Positions 21,354-31,706 of a stretch of DNA of 64,000 nt are shown here, piece by piece. The translations under genes and the position numbers were made by a program. Below the pieces are notes generated by a model. The model saw only the letters and a program-made list of their open reading frames with translations. It was not told the DNA's origin and made no database searches. The stretch is from an uncultured Nitrososphaerota archaeon (GTDB lineage Archaea; Thermoproteota; Nitrososphaeria; Nitrososphaerales; Nitrosopumilaceae): contig CAWGPD010000004.1 of assembly GCA_963824385.1 (NCBI GenBank), forward strand, positions 96,001-160,000, read 5' to 3'. Numbering within the stretch: position 1 is the stretch's first letter; each line of letters begins with the position of its first letter.

Positions 21354-21701
21354 ATGATAGAAAATAAACAGGCCCCAACTTACGAATGGAGAGACATAGG
21401 CATCATAACGGTAGATACTGGTAAAATAATCATTGCGGATCCTGCAAATGTACTTACACATAGAGAATTTGAAGAACTTCGTGAGAAAGAAAAAATAGCA
21501 AAATTCCCATTGTTTACAGATTTTAAACATGGTATAGTGTCAAAGACAGGATTCGGAGAGGGGCGTTATCACGCGTTTGCCAAGATCGGAGATTTTGGAA
21601 ACATGATAAAGAGAATTACAGAAATTAAAATTATTTTTGAGGACGAAGAAAATGACAAGGATTCTCAAAAAATGCAAGAAGAACCAGTAAAAACAAATTG
21701 A
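21354..21701 (+). CDS. DUF4241-like hypothetical protein
   Basis: IGIITVDTGKIIIADP and TGFGEGRY motifs; GGAGGT SD upstream. Confidence 0.65.
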   Translation: MIENKQAPTYEWRDIGIITVDTGKIIIADPANVLTHREFEELREKEKIAKFPLFTDFKHGIVSKTGFGEGRYHAFAKIGDFGNMIKRITEIKIIFEDEENDKDSQKMQEEPVKTN

Positions 21702-21759
21702 TCATCACACATGAAAAGAAAGATGATTTATCAAAAGGCGTTAAATTATAGAGTAGAAA

Positions 21760-21894
21760 CTAGTTTTTAGTCACAGATTTTAATTTCTTCTGTTCCCTTT
21801 CCTGATGGGCTATAACTGATTTTTTTAGTTCATCATATGATTCGAGATATTCTTTTTTCATTAGATTTTCAGGTTTACGTTTGATTTTTTTCAT
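21760..21894 (-). CDS. Small basic hypothetical protein (44 aa)
   Basis: MKKIKRKPENLMKKEYLESYDELKKSVIAHQEREQKKLKSVTKN. Confidence 0.35.
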   Translation of the reverse strand: MKKIKRKPENLMKKEYLESYDELKKSVIAHQEREQKKLKSVTKN

Positions 21895-22024
21895 ATGCTG
21901 TGATTACAGCAAACTAGTGTTTAGCAATTTCTATTTACCATATAGATAAAGTAAATTCAATAACAATTAATCAAGAAAGAATGATTTTGCTTATCGTTAT
22001 TAATCCGATAATCTAAAAAACTAC

Positions 22025-23338
22025 ATGGACAGTTTTGTCTGGCATCCATATACACAAATGAAAGACTGGCCAAAATTTGATGTAATTTCCAGCGGTAAAG
22101 GGATGTGGCTCTACGATAAAAGTGGAAATGCCATGATGGACGGCGTTGCAAGCATGTGGTGCAACGTATGGGGTCACTCTAACAAAGAATTGACGGAATC
22201 CATGATAAAACAGACAAAAAAGTTGCAACATTCATCATTATTTAATTTAACAAATGACAGAGCTGAAGAACTTGCAGAAAAATTGGTAAAACTAGCGCCT
22301 GAAATGCACCGAGTATTCTACTCGGATGATGGTTCCACTGCAATGGAAATTTCTGCCAAGATGGCATTACAATATTGGCAAAACACAGGAGAGAAGAAAA
22401 AGACCAGATTTGTCTCACTTGAGAACGGATACCACGGCGATACGGTAGGCACCATGTCATTAGGGTATGTACCATTATTCTTTTCAAAATTCAAACCAAT
22501 GTTGTTCCAAGTTTTAAGAACGCCATCACCTAATAAATATAGAATTCCCAAAGGATATTCTTTTGAAGACTATCAGCAATTCTGTCTTGATAAAATAGAG
22601 AAAACACTTACAAAAAATGACAAGATTGCAGCGTTTGTAATGGAAAGCGGTGCTCAGATAGCAGGAGGAGTAGTGATCTATCCAAAAGGTTTTCAGAAAA
22701 AGATTAGCAAAATGTGCAAAAAAAATAATGTTTTATTCATACTAGATGAGATTGCAACGGGTTTTGGAAGACTAGGGTCAATGGTAGAATATCAAACTCA
22801 GGAAAGTATTCCAGATATAGTATCATTTGGAAAGATGTTATCTGGCGGATATCTTCCTCTCACTGCCACACTTGCAACTAAAAAGATCTATGATTCATTT
22901 CTAGGAGATTATAAAGACATGAAACATTTCTTCCATGGACACACATTTACTGGAAATCCAATTGCATGTGCAACTGCACTTGCAAATATTTCATTGTACA
23001 AAAAATACAATCTTTTATCAAAGATCAAAAAACGTGCAATCCAAATCCAGTCACGTATTGATGAGATTTCTAATTTAGATCTAGTAGGAGATGTAAGACA
23101 CAGGGGATTGTTAATGGGAGTTGAGTCTGTGTCTAATAAAAAAACAAAGAGCCCAATATCACCACAGATGCGATTACCCCAGAAAATTTTCAGAGAGGCT
23201 AAAAAACATGGAATCTATCAAAGAACACTTGGAAATATAGTAATGGTGATTCCCCCACTTGCAATCTCTGAAAAAGAATTAGATTTTCTAATAGATGGTA
23301 CAATAAAGACAATCAAAAGTGTTTCAGTCCAAGTCTGA
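22025..23338 (+). CDS. bioA: Adenosylmethionine-8-amino-7-oxononanoate aminotransferase
   Basis: VWHPYTQM, YHGDT, DEIATGFGRLG, HGHTFTGNP. Confidence 0.95.
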   Translation: MDSFVWHPYTQMKDWPKFDVISSGKGMWLYDKSGNAMMDGVASMWCNVWGHSNKELTESMIKQTKKLQHSSLFNLTNDRAEELAEKLVKLAPEMHRVFYSDDGSTAMEISAKMALQYWQNTGEKKKTRFVSLENGYHGDTVGTMSLGYVPLFFSKFKPMLFQVLRTPSPNKYRIPKGYSFEDYQQFCLDKIEKTLTKNDKIAAFVMESGAQIAGGVVIYPKGFQKKISKMCKKNNVLFILDEIATGFGRLGSMVEYQTQESIPDIVSFGKMLSGGYLPLTATLATKKIYDSFLGDYKDMKHFFHGHTFTGNPIACATALANISLYKKYNLLSKIKKRAIQIQSRIDEISNLDLVGDVRHRGLLMGVESVSNKKTKSPISPQMRLPQKIFREAKKHGIYQRTLGNIVMVIPPLAISEKELDFLIDGTIKTIKSVSVQV

Positions 23339-23399
23339 GCAGATTAATCCCCAGGTAAAATTCTATAATCATCTTCGGAGTATATATTATGACTAAATC

Positions 23400-23555
23400 A
23401 TGCCACAGATTCGAATTTGCCCTACATGTAACAAAGTTTTACAGCCAGATGAGATACACAAATGTTCAAACCCCCTTTCAGAATACATTACATGTGAAAA
23501 ATGCGGTGAAACACACCTAAAGACCAGACCACATATTTGTCCCACAAGAATCTAG
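23400..23555 (+). CDS. 51-aa microprotein with two CxxC...HxC repeats
   Basis: MPQIRICPTCNKVLQPDEIHKCSNPLSEYITCEKCGETHLKTRPHICPTRI. Confidence 0.7.
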   Translation: MPQIRICPTCNKVLQPDEIHKCSNPLSEYITCEKCGETHLKTRPHICPTRI

Positions 23556-23641
23556 TTCCACAAATCAATGGTAAACCACAGTCAGATTCTAGGTTTACAA
23601 TCAAAATAATCTTAATTAATGGATTTACAAGAGGATAGATA

Positions 23642-24622
23642 TTGACTAGTGAAACTGATTTTATATCATCTTGCAGTGACAAGGTTCTAACAGGACATAG
23701 AATTTCTCAAGAAGAGGCTCAAAAATTAATTAACATATCAGATGATTCACTTCAGAATTTATCTGACGCGGCAAATGAAATTACTCGAAAATTATGCGGG
23801 GATGTTGTAGATGTAGAATCATTGATAAATGCTAAGAAAGGAAAATGCCAAGAAGATTGCTCGTTTTGCTCGCAATCAGCATTTTACAAAACTGAAATAG
23901 ATACATACAAACTATTGCCGCCAGAGACAATAGTACAAAATGCAATGCTTGCAAAAGAAGATGGCGTTAAAAGCTTTTGTCTTGTTTGCGCATGGCGTGG
24001 ACCCACAGAAAAAGACTTTGAGCAAATTTCTACAATAATAAAAAAGATCAACGATGAAGTAGGAATTGAAGTCAACTGTTCTCTTGGTTTTATCAATCAA
24101 GACATGGCAATAGAATTAAAAAAACTAGGAGTAAAGCGTTATAATCATAATCTTGAAGCACCAAGAAGCTTCTTTTCAAAAATATGCACAACCCACAGTT
24201 ATGATGACAGGATGCAGACAAATCTTATTGTTAAAAATGCAGGATTAGAATTGTGCTGTGGTGGAATTATCGGCATGGGAGAAACAAGAATGCAAAGATT
24301 AGAACTTGGTCTTGATCTTGCAGGGCTAAATCCAGAAGAATGTCCAATCAACATTTTAGTACCGCAAAAAGGAACGCCCCTTGAGCTTCAGACAAATCTC
24401 TCAATATCAGAAATACTAAGAACAATAGCAGTATTCAGATTTTTGATGCCAAGAACCATACTCAAGATTGCAGGAGGTAGAGAAGTATACTTTGCAAACG
24501 ACCAGGAAAAAGTGCTTCTCGGAGGCGCAAACGGAATTATCACAGGAGGATACCTCACAATAGGTGGCAATTCCCCTTCAGATGATTTTCAGATGATATC
24601 AAAAATAGGCCTTGAAGCCTAA
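23642..24622 (+). CDS. bioB: Biotin synthase
   Basis: Radical SAM CQEDCSFC, YNHNLE, CCGGIIGMGE. Confidence 0.96.
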   Translation: MTSETDFISSCSDKVLTGHRISQEEAQKLINISDDSLQNLSDAANEITRKLCGDVVDVESLINAKKGKCQEDCSFCSQSAFYKTEIDTYKLLPPETIVQNAMLAKEDGVKSFCLVCAWRGPTEKDFEQISTIIKKINDEVGIEVNCSLGFINQDMAIELKKLGVKRYNHNLEAPRSFFSKICTTHSYDDRMQTNLIVKNAGLELCCGGIIGMGETRMQRLELGLDLAGLNPEECPINILVPQKGTPLELQTNLSISEILRTIAVFRFLMPRTILKIAGGREVYFANDQEKVLLGGANGIITGGYLTIGGNSPSDDFQMISKIGLEA

Positions 24623-25739
24623 AGATAAATTCATTTTAGAAAAATTAGATCAAATCAAGAAGGCAAACCTGTATCGAAAACTGGTGGATAATAAAATCTC
24701 AGGTCCCTACATAACAATTAATGGAAAAAAATTGTTCAATCTATCATCAAATGATTATCTTGGAATTTCTTCCACATACAAAGTATCACAGACACAATCA
24801 AGTTCTAGATTAATTGCAGGAAATGATTTTTCATTTAAAGAACTTGAAATTAAACTTGCAAAACATAAATCAAAAAATGCAGCACTTGTATTCCCCACAG
24901 GGTACATGGCAAACCTTGGCGCAATCTCTATTTTAACACAAAAAAATGATCTGATATTAAGTGATGAATTAAACCATGCAAGCATCATAGATGCCTGTAG
25001 GTTATCTTATGCAAAAAAACTAGTTTACAAACATAATGATATATCAGACTTGGGGGAAAAAATACGACAAAAGGCCCACCGCAAGTTTGTGATAACAGAA
25101 GGAATATTTTCAATGAATGGTGATTTTGCAAAGTTAAAGGAAATTTCAAGAGTATGTCAAGATAATAATGCATTTCTTATACTCGATGATGCCCACGGAG
25201 ATTTTGTAGCAGGTCGTGACGGAAAAGGGTCTGCAGATCATTTCAGAGTTGCAAAAAACATAGACATCTACATCAGCAGTCTAAGTAAGGCCCTCGGGGC
25301 ATTTGGTGGATACATATCTGCTAGCAATGAAATTATCGAACTTGCGATTAATACTTCAAGGCCTTTTATCTATACATCTGCATTACCAGGATTTTTAGCA
25401 GATTTTGCATTGAGGAGATTCTTGACAAACAGAGAAAAGAAAAGACGTAGTTTGTGGGAAAAAATAGAACAATTCAGCAGAGGATTAAAGTCAATCGGGT
25501 ATACAATCCAATCCCAAAGCCAGATCATACCAATCATAATAGGAGATGAGAAGAAAACACTTGAATTTGCAAAATATTTGAGAAGTAACAAAATATTTGC
25601 CCAGCCAATACGCTATCCTACAGTAAATCTAGGTTCTGCCAGAATAAGAATATCTGTAACGGATTGGCTTTCAGAGAATATAATATCAGAATCATTAGAT
25701 ATTTTTGAAAAAGCTGGTAAAAAATTTGGCATCACATAG
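24612..25739 (+). CDS. bioF: 8-amino-7-oxononanoate synthase
   Basis: SSNDYLG, GYMAN, NHASIIDA, DDAH, SLSKA. Confidence 0.93.
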   Translation: MKPKDKFILEKLDQIKKANLYRKLVDNKISGPYITINGKKLFNLSSNDYLGISSTYKVSQTQSSSRLIAGNDFSFKELEIKLAKHKSKNAALVFPTGYMANLGAISILTQKNDLILSDELNHASIIDACRLSYAKKLVYKHNDISDLGEKIRQKAHRKFVITEGIFSMNGDFAKLKEISRVCQDNNAFLILDDAHGDFVAGRDGKGSADHFRVAKNIDIYISSLSKALGAFGGYISASNEIIELAINTSRPFIYTSALPGFLADFALRRFLTNREKKRRSLWEKIEQFSRGLKSIGYTIQSQSQIIPIIIGDEKKTLEFAKYLRSNKIFAQPIRYPTVNLGSARIRISVTDWLSENIISESLDIFEKAGKKFGIT

Positions 25740-25784
25740 TGCGAGTTTGAAAAATTAATTCTTAGAAATTAATTTGGGGCAACA

Positions 25785-26519
25785 TCAGCTCTGCCATGTA
25801 TCTTTTACAAAGCTGTTAAGAGTTGCATTTCCCATATAGAATGATTCTTTGTAAATGCCATCTGGGAAGAGTCTGTACGTATCATTGTATTGTATAACTG
25901 TGACCGTTGGTATGATTTGGTCATCTTGTTGCTGAAAGTCTTGAGGTTCTAGATTATACAAGTCACATGTTTTTAAGAATCGCATGTGCTTGTTAGAAAA
26001 GTCTACCATGCAAGTAGTTTCAAGATTCCATTGAGGAACAGTACCAAGAAAGACAGTATAGTTTCCTGTAGTCACAGGCAATCCATTTAGAGTATTGGAG
26101 ATGTTAGTAGTGAGATTTCCATATGTGGTTGTAGTAGGAGGTGGATTTACAGTATATGTGGTACTTGCAAGTTGTTTAATGTATCCAGGTTTTGTGACAG
26201 TGACATCTACTTCATAGGTTCCAGAAGTGGCCTGTATTGCAGATTGATATCTAAAGTTACCCTGATTGTCCGTAGTCGTAGTTACTGCCTCAGATCCAAA
26301 TAGAATGAACACATTTGCATTGGCAACAGGCCTATATGCTTGGTCGGTAACATTTCCCATTATAACCGGATAATCTCCTTGATTTATCGGATTATTTTGT
26401 AATTTCACATTAACAAGCATACTGTAAGTGAGCGCAGAATACGATACCTGGATGCTTGAAAAAGCCACAACAAAGACTAGAATTGCAACTGAGATTGACA
26501 TTATTTGAGTACTTTTCAA
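25785..26519 (-). CDS. Secreted protein with Ig/carboxypeptidase-regulatory-like domain
   Basis: Signal peptide; GNVTDQ..PVANA.V...TTDNQGNF..GTYEV pattern. Confidence 0.65.
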   Translation of the reverse strand: MKSTQIMSISVAILVFVVAFSSIQVSYSALTYSMLVNVKLQNNPINQGDYPVIMGNVTDQAYRPVANANVFILFGSEAVTTTTDNQGNFRYQSAIQATSGTYEVDVTVTKPGYIKQLASTTYTVNPPPTTTTYGNLTTNISNTLNGLPVTTGNYTVFLGTVPQWNLETTCMVDFSNKHMRFLKTCDLYNLEPQDFQQQDDQIIPTVTVIQYNDTYRLFPDGIYKESFYMGNATLNSFVKDTWQS

Positions 26520-26684
26520 CTCTCAGTACTTTTTATGTTCAGTGATAACCGATAAAATCTAACTTTTTTCCCTAGTGACTCAAATGTTTGGTACACGTTC
26601 AATTTTGAGAAAGAGTGTCAACATATTTCCAATTTGGAAGAGATTTGGAACAAGGTATTAATAAAAAAACAGCCATAAACAGGC

Positions 26685-27425
26685 ATGGTAGAACTAACCA
26701 TCGGAATTGCAGCCATAGCAGGATTGGGCTCATTTCTTGCACCGTGTATATTACCTATGATTCCGGCATTTCTTGCATACATTTCTGGCACTACACTTAC
26801 AGAAATTCAGAGAAACAATGGGACAGTCAATGTAGTTACAAGTAGAATCAACATCATACTAAATACGTTATTTTTTGTGGCAGGATTTACTATTGTTTTT
26901 TCGGTTCTCGGAGTAATTCTAAATAGTGTACTTGCGGCATCGGCCACATCACTACTTGCAGGATTTAATCACGTTGGAGGAATAATTATTATTGCATTTG
27001 GTGCATTCATGTTATTATCATCCAAGATTTCAAAACTTAATTTTGAGAAAAAGATTCTTCCAAATAGGACAAAGTCGAGCTATCCTCTTTCATTTGTGTT
27101 TGGTTTAGCATTTGCAACAGGTTGGACTCCATGCATAGGGCCAATCCTTGGAAGCATTTTGACACTTGCTGCTACCACTCCAAGTCATGCATTTATTTTA
27201 CTTCTTAGTTATTCAATGGGTCTTGGAATTCCATTTATCTTGATGGGAGTATTCTTTTCAAGATTTACAGGAATTATCAAATCAATGAGTAAACATCTCA
27301 AATACTATTCGATAATAATGGGTTCACTTATCATCATCTTAGGAGTTTTAGTATATACAAATCAACTAGCTGCTATTGCAAGTTTTCCGCTACTAAATAA
27401 CATACTATTAGGAGGATCATCATGA
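26685..27425 (+). CDS. ccdA: Cytochrome c biogenesis/DsbD transmembrane protein
   Basis: SFLAPCILP and GWTPCIGP. Confidence 0.93.
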   Translation: MVELTIGIAAIAGLGSFLAPCILPMIPAFLAYISGTTLTEIQRNNGTVNVVTSRINIILNTLFFVAGFTIVFSVLGVILNSVLAASATSLLAGFNHVGGIIIIAFGAFMLLSSKISKLNFEKKILPNRTKSSYPLSFVFGLAFATGWTPCIGPILGSILTLAATTPSHAFILLLSYSMGLGIPFILMGVFFSRFTGIIKSMSKHLKYYSIIMGSLIIILGVLVYTNQLAAIASFPLLNNILLGGSS

Positions 27426-28567
27426 GAAAAGAGATTAAAACCGCAGTAATTGGCGCGATAATCATAATCGCTGCCATCGGTGGGATTAGTGCTTTCTTTA
27501 CATCACTTGATAAAACTGTTCAGACTTCAGGCAATGAAATATTTTTGAACAAACAAGGACAATCGGTAAACAATACAACTTCTGGCAAGTTAATTTCATA
27601 TCCTGACGAAAATAATTTTCCATTAGCCCCCGACTTGGTTGGAATTGCAGCCTACATCAACACAACACCAGAAGAATTAAAATCTGAAATGAAAGACAAG
27701 GTGGTCTTGTATGATTTTTGGACTTATAGTTGCATAAATTGTCTTAGAACACTTCCATATCTTAAAGCATGGAATGACAAATATGCGGACAAGGGATTGT
27801 TAATCATTGGAGTACATTCACCAGAATTTGAATTTGAAAAAGATCCAAATAATGTAAAAATGGCCGCTCAAAAATATGGCTTGACATATCCAATAGTACT
27901 AGATAGTGATCACATGACGTGGGATGCATTTTCAAATAGATATTGGCCAGCAGAATACATAACAGATGATTTAGGCCACATACGACATACACATTTTGGT
28001 GAAGGAGAATATGATCAGACAGAACAAGTCATTCAGCAATTACTTGATCAAAGAGCAGAAAGACTAGGATTAAACATGACAGCAGATCAAAGTCTTGTCA
28101 ATTTGCAAGAACATCAATTTTCTGACATACAAACCCCAGAACTTTATTTTGGGTATGACTTTATACAAGACAGAAACTATCTTGGAAACCCAGAAGGATT
28201 CCAGCCCGAGAAAACAGTGAGTTATACAATTCCATCTGGCTTACAAAACGATCATTTCTATTTGGATGGTCAGTGGCAAAATCTCAATGACAGTATGAAA
28301 CTAATATCAGACAATGGCAAGATAGTATTACCATATTCTGCAAAAGATGTCCACATTGTTGCATCAGGAACTGGAGACAGCATACAAGTACTACTAGATG
28401 GTAATGCAGTACCAAGTGAGAATGCGGGGCAGGACCTCAAAAATGGGACGGCCATAATCTCAGATCATAGACTCTACAATCTAATCTCATCAGAGGAGCA
28501 GGGCTCACATACAATTACAATTATCGCTCATCCCGGCTTTCAAATCTATACATTTACCTTTGGATAA
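27422..28567 (+). CDS. Membrane-anchored thioredoxin-like protein (DipZ C-terminal type)
   Basis: DFWTYSCINC, GVHSPEFEFEK, GEGEY, TFTFG end; overlaps ccdA. Confidence 0.9.
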   Translation: MRKEIKTAVIGAIIIIAAIGGISAFFTSLDKTVQTSGNEIFLNKQGQSVNNTTSGKLISYPDENNFPLAPDLVGIAAYINTTPEELKSEMKDKVVLYDFWTYSCINCLRTLPYLKAWNDKYADKGLLIIGVHSPEFEFEKDPNNVKMAAQKYGLTYPIVLDSDHMTWDAFSNRYWPAEYITDDLGHIRHTHFGEGEYDQTEQVIQQLLDQRAERLGLNMTADQSLVNLQEHQFSDIQTPELYFGYDFIQDRNYLGNPEGFQPEKTVSYTIPSGLQNDHFYLDGQWQNLNDSMKLISDNGKIVLPYSAKDVHIVASGTGDSIQVLLDGNAVPSENAGQDLKNGTAIISDHRLYNLISSEEQGSHTITIIAHPGFQIYTFTFG

Positions 28568-28577
28568 TCAAGATATA

Positions 28578-28605
28578 ATATTGCAGAATTCGAATTTAGA
28601 AATAT
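28578..28605. repeat. 28-bp palindromic element, copy 1
   Basis: ATATTGCAGAATTCGAATTTAGAAATAT. Confidence 0.75.
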
Positions 28606-28721
28606 ATTAAATCACCTATTGTAAGACGCGACTGTAACCAGAGATGCATGTCACTATGGTTACACATCAACTAAGAACAAGGTTGTTTAAAATAACATTT
28701 GATACAAAGGCACAGCGTAAA

Positions 28722-29360
28722 ATGAACTTCACAAATAAATGGAATGTACAAAAAGAAAGTCTATCACAGAGAGTAATAGACAAGGTAAAACCAGATGCAC
28801 CACTAAAGCCAAAAATCGATGAGGCTCAGAAAAAATTACAATTACAAGTCATAAAATTAGATTCTATTTCAAGAAAATTAAAAGAAAAAGATGATTTTAT
28901 TTTCAAAAAAGTTGTAGATGCGGTAAGATCACATAATAAGGCATATTCCAACGCTTATGCTACAGAATTACATGAGATTAGAAAAATGAATAATATGGTA
29001 ACTAATGCAAAATTAGCCATGGAACAAATTCAATTAAGATTAAACACAATATCAGAACTTGGAGATGTAGTGGTGACACTCAGTCCTTGCATGTCAATAA
29101 TAAAGGGACTTGGAACAGGCCTAAATGGATTAATGCCAGCAGCAGACTCGTCCATGGCAGACTTGTCAAACATACTAGGAGAGATAATGTCAGGTGCCTC
29201 AGTAAGCGGAGAGAACAACTTTACTGTTGAGACGACAAATTCAGAGACAAACCAAATATTGGAAGAAGCTCAGTCAATCTTAGAAGGACATGTGAGACAG
29301 ACCCTTCCGGACCTTCCTCCATCACTTGGTTCTACAACTAAAGCGCCAGAGCCTATTTAG
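28722..29360 (+). CDS. cdvB: ESCRT-III/Snf7 family cell-division protein (CdvB paralogue)
   Basis: Snf7-like helical core: YATELHEIRK...AKLAMEQIQLRLNTISELGDVVVTLSP...ILEEA. Confidence 0.85.
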   Translation: MNFTNKWNVQKESLSQRVIDKVKPDAPLKPKIDEAQKKLQLQVIKLDSISRKLKEKDDFIFKKVVDAVRSHNKAYSNAYATELHEIRKMNNMVTNAKLAMEQIQLRLNTISELGDVVVTLSPCMSIIKGLGTGLNGLMPAADSSMADLSNILGEIMSGASVSGENNFTVETTNSETNQILEEAQSILEGHVRQTLPDLPPSLGSTTKAPEPI

Positions 29361-29667
29361 AGCGCTTTTTACTCAATTCTATAAAGCGTTTCTTTATTCT
29401 AGATATTGTGGGATAGCTATATCCTAGTTTTCTATAATTTGCAATCATCATCTTCCAGTTTTTTAGCCTCCATTGAGCCTGCTCTGATGTTACAGAATGA
29501 ATTTCTTTATTGATAATGCTTTTTCTTCCCACTTTGAGTACTCCAGCATCTTTTGCAGTCCATCTATTTTTGGCAAAATTTAGGCCCATCAAGATTTCAT
29601 CAACAGGCATTGCCGTAAAAAATTCCTGGATTTTTTGAATTTGAGATTCAGTGGGTTTTTTTGACAT
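29353..29667 (-). CDS. Basic hypothetical protein
   Basis: MSKKPTESQIQK... The track start at 29712 falls inside palindrome copy 2, so 29667 is preferred. Confidence 0.7.
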   Translation of the reverse strand: MSKKPTESQIQKIQEFFTAMPVDEILMGLNFAKNRWTAKDAGVLKVGRKSIINKEIHSVTSEQAQWRLKNWKMMIANYRKLGYSYPTISRIKKRFIELSKKRSK

Positions 29668-29684
29668 ACGTATAGCAATATCAC

Positions 29685-29712
29685 ATATTTCCATATTCGA
29701 ATTTTGAAACAT
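29685..29712. repeat. 28-bp palindromic element, copy 2
   Basis: ATATTTCCATATTCGAATTTTGAAACAT. Confidence 0.75.
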
Positions 29713-29847
29713 ACTATCTAATTAGTGTAGAGGTAAATCAGAATAGATCTTAGGTTCAAACTAAATTTTTTAGCCCAATAAACAGGTGATCTGTATTTCC
29801 ATTTTTGGCAGACTGTTTTTTTATACTACGGATGAGGGATATAATTT

Positions 29848-30072
29848 ATGGATAACCGTCTCACACTTGGTGGAAAATCTCCCTCATTCTCAGAAATATT
29901 TACAGAGTATCTTTCAGATATCTCACTTGAAGTAGAGGCAGTTAAACTAAGAAACATAAGAAATGATGCAGAAGGAGTAAATGAACACTTGGCTAGAATA
30001 GATAGTGCCCTAAAGGGAATAATGGATGCAAAACTAGCATTGGCAGAAAATCTTCGTAAATCTCAAAATTAG
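29848..30072 (+). CDS. Small coiled-coil hypothetical protein
   Basis: 74-aa ORF. Confidence 0.6.
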   Translation: MDNRLTLGGKSPSFSEIFTEYLSDISLEVEAVKLRNIRNDAEGVNEHLARIDSALKGIMDAKLALAENLRKSQN

Positions 30073-30114
30073 AATTAATCACTTGTGAAAATTAAGTTTT
30101 AAAGTATCAACGTT

Positions 30115-30862
30115 CTACTCGTCTAAAAATCGCTTCATACTCTCAAATTCACTTGCAGTAAAATTCTTGTCTACAGAATCCATTTTTTGCTTCATCTTGG
30201 CAAATTTTTCAGCAAGTAGGGAGAGGTCTACTGGCTGGGCTGTCTCTGCATTTTTTAATTCAACGTAATATTTTATTCGGTCTTCAAAGGCATCTGGTGG
30301 AACCTCCTTAATCAGAACTTCTCCAGTAGTCTATAATTTTAGCCAATTTTTCTCTTTGGCGGTTCTCCAGTTTCTTTTTTTCATTTTCTATCTTTTGCCT
30401 ATGATCCTCATAACCCGATTTCATGTCTTTTAGTTCAGTTTCCAATTTGCCAAGAACATCATTTACAGTTTCAAACATAACTTTTGCAGGTTCAGGATTT
30501 GGCGTATTCTTCATTGTTTGGGAATTAGTAGATTGTCCTCCAATGTGTAATTCTTTCAGGGATTCATCAGTAACCAGTTTTATAGATATTGTTTTGGGGG
30601 CTTTTTTTGCTATTACTCCAAATACCATAAGACCCACTCCAGCAACGCCTGTCCCCATAATCAAATATTGAAGAACAGGTAAGACTTGGTGCATTGAGGG
30701 ATACCCCATCTGCCGTAGCATTGACACAGAATTCACATTTCCAAGAGACATTGAACTAACAAATGTATGTACGGCATTAGACAACATGCCTGGCAAATAG
30801 TAATACATTGGAACTGACATCATTGTAAGTACCATACCGGCAATTACCAGTACAAATCTCAT
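30115..30862 (-). CDS. Membrane protein (2 TM) with coiled-coil tail; frameshift near 30330
   Basis: MRFVLVIAG... continues after one indel as TTGEVLIKEVPPDAFEDRIKYY...FLDE*. Confidence 0.7.
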
Positions 30863-30931
30863 TATACAACAGACTAGATTGAACTTGATATCCAGTTGTA
30901 TGTAATAATGACTGACAACTATCCATTCCAC

Positions 30932-30959
30932 ATATTTCTATATTCGAGTTTTGAAATAT
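30932..30959. repeat. 28-bp palindromic element, copy 3
   Basis: ATATTTCTATATTCGAGTTTTGAAATAT. Confidence 0.8.
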
Positions 30960-31057
30960 TCTTCTAAATTACGGAAAACAGAATTTTCAGGTCAAAATGC
31001 TTCTAAGAATACCATCAAGAAAATAATTAAAAAATACTAGAATTACTAACACATGAC

Positions 31058-31354
31058 ATGGATGAATTGGACATACCTGCAAATAGAATTCCAAAAGACT
31101 CTGTTTACAAGAAAAGAAATTGTGATAAAGAAAAGTGTGGCAAAGAGGGAAATTATTCTTCAAAACGAGGGTACTTTTGTTTGGAACACATTCTAGATTA
31201 CGATATGCCATGCCCCAATGATAACTGCCCAAGAAAGGGCCTTGCCATGGATAAACTAGTTCCCGAAGTTAAAAAAGACATCAAGGGAGATTTGCACCAG
31301 ATTTTTCTATGCCAGTCCTGTGGGTATAGACATGATCATACTGTGAATGTTTAG
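31058..31354 (+). CDS. Small multi-Cys/His zinc-binding protein
   Basis: Cx4C...CxxH and Cx4C...CQSCG motifs. Confidence 0.7.
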   Translation: MDELDIPANRIPKDSVYKKRNCDKEKCGKEGNYSSKRGYFCLEHILDYDMPCPNDNCPRKGLAMDKLVPEVKKDIKGDLHQIFLCQSCGYRHDHTVNV

Positions 31355-31553
31355 TCAAATTCCAAAAAATCAAAAGGTTTGAAAAAAATCCACCAAAGTA
31401 TTTACAATAATCTACTTGAAACTTAAGATATTACTGGGAGCAATTAGAGATGGCTACCCACAAACTGACCAAGCCTGTAGTCGTGAGGGTTTTTGTGATT
31501 CTCTCACGATAAAATTACTTCAAAATATTTCAAATACAAAAAACGGGTCTCGC

Positions 31554-31706
31554 CTAATTTTTCTCTACATATTTCATAGATTCGGGCATGATGTTATTGA
31601 TGGCTTTGGAGTCTTTCTTGCAAAGTTCGCATTCACAAACAAATAATCCTTGTTTACCCATACAATCATGATGTTTGTCTTCAAAGCATTTGTAACATAG
31701 AACCAT
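31554..31706 (-). CDS. 50-aa Cys-rich microprotein
   Basis: MVLCYKCFEDKHHDCMGKQGLFVCECELCKKDSKAINNIMPESMKYVEKN. Confidence 0.65.
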   Translation of the reverse strand: MVLCYKCFEDKHHDCMGKQGLFVCECELCKKDSKAINNIMPESMKYVEKN

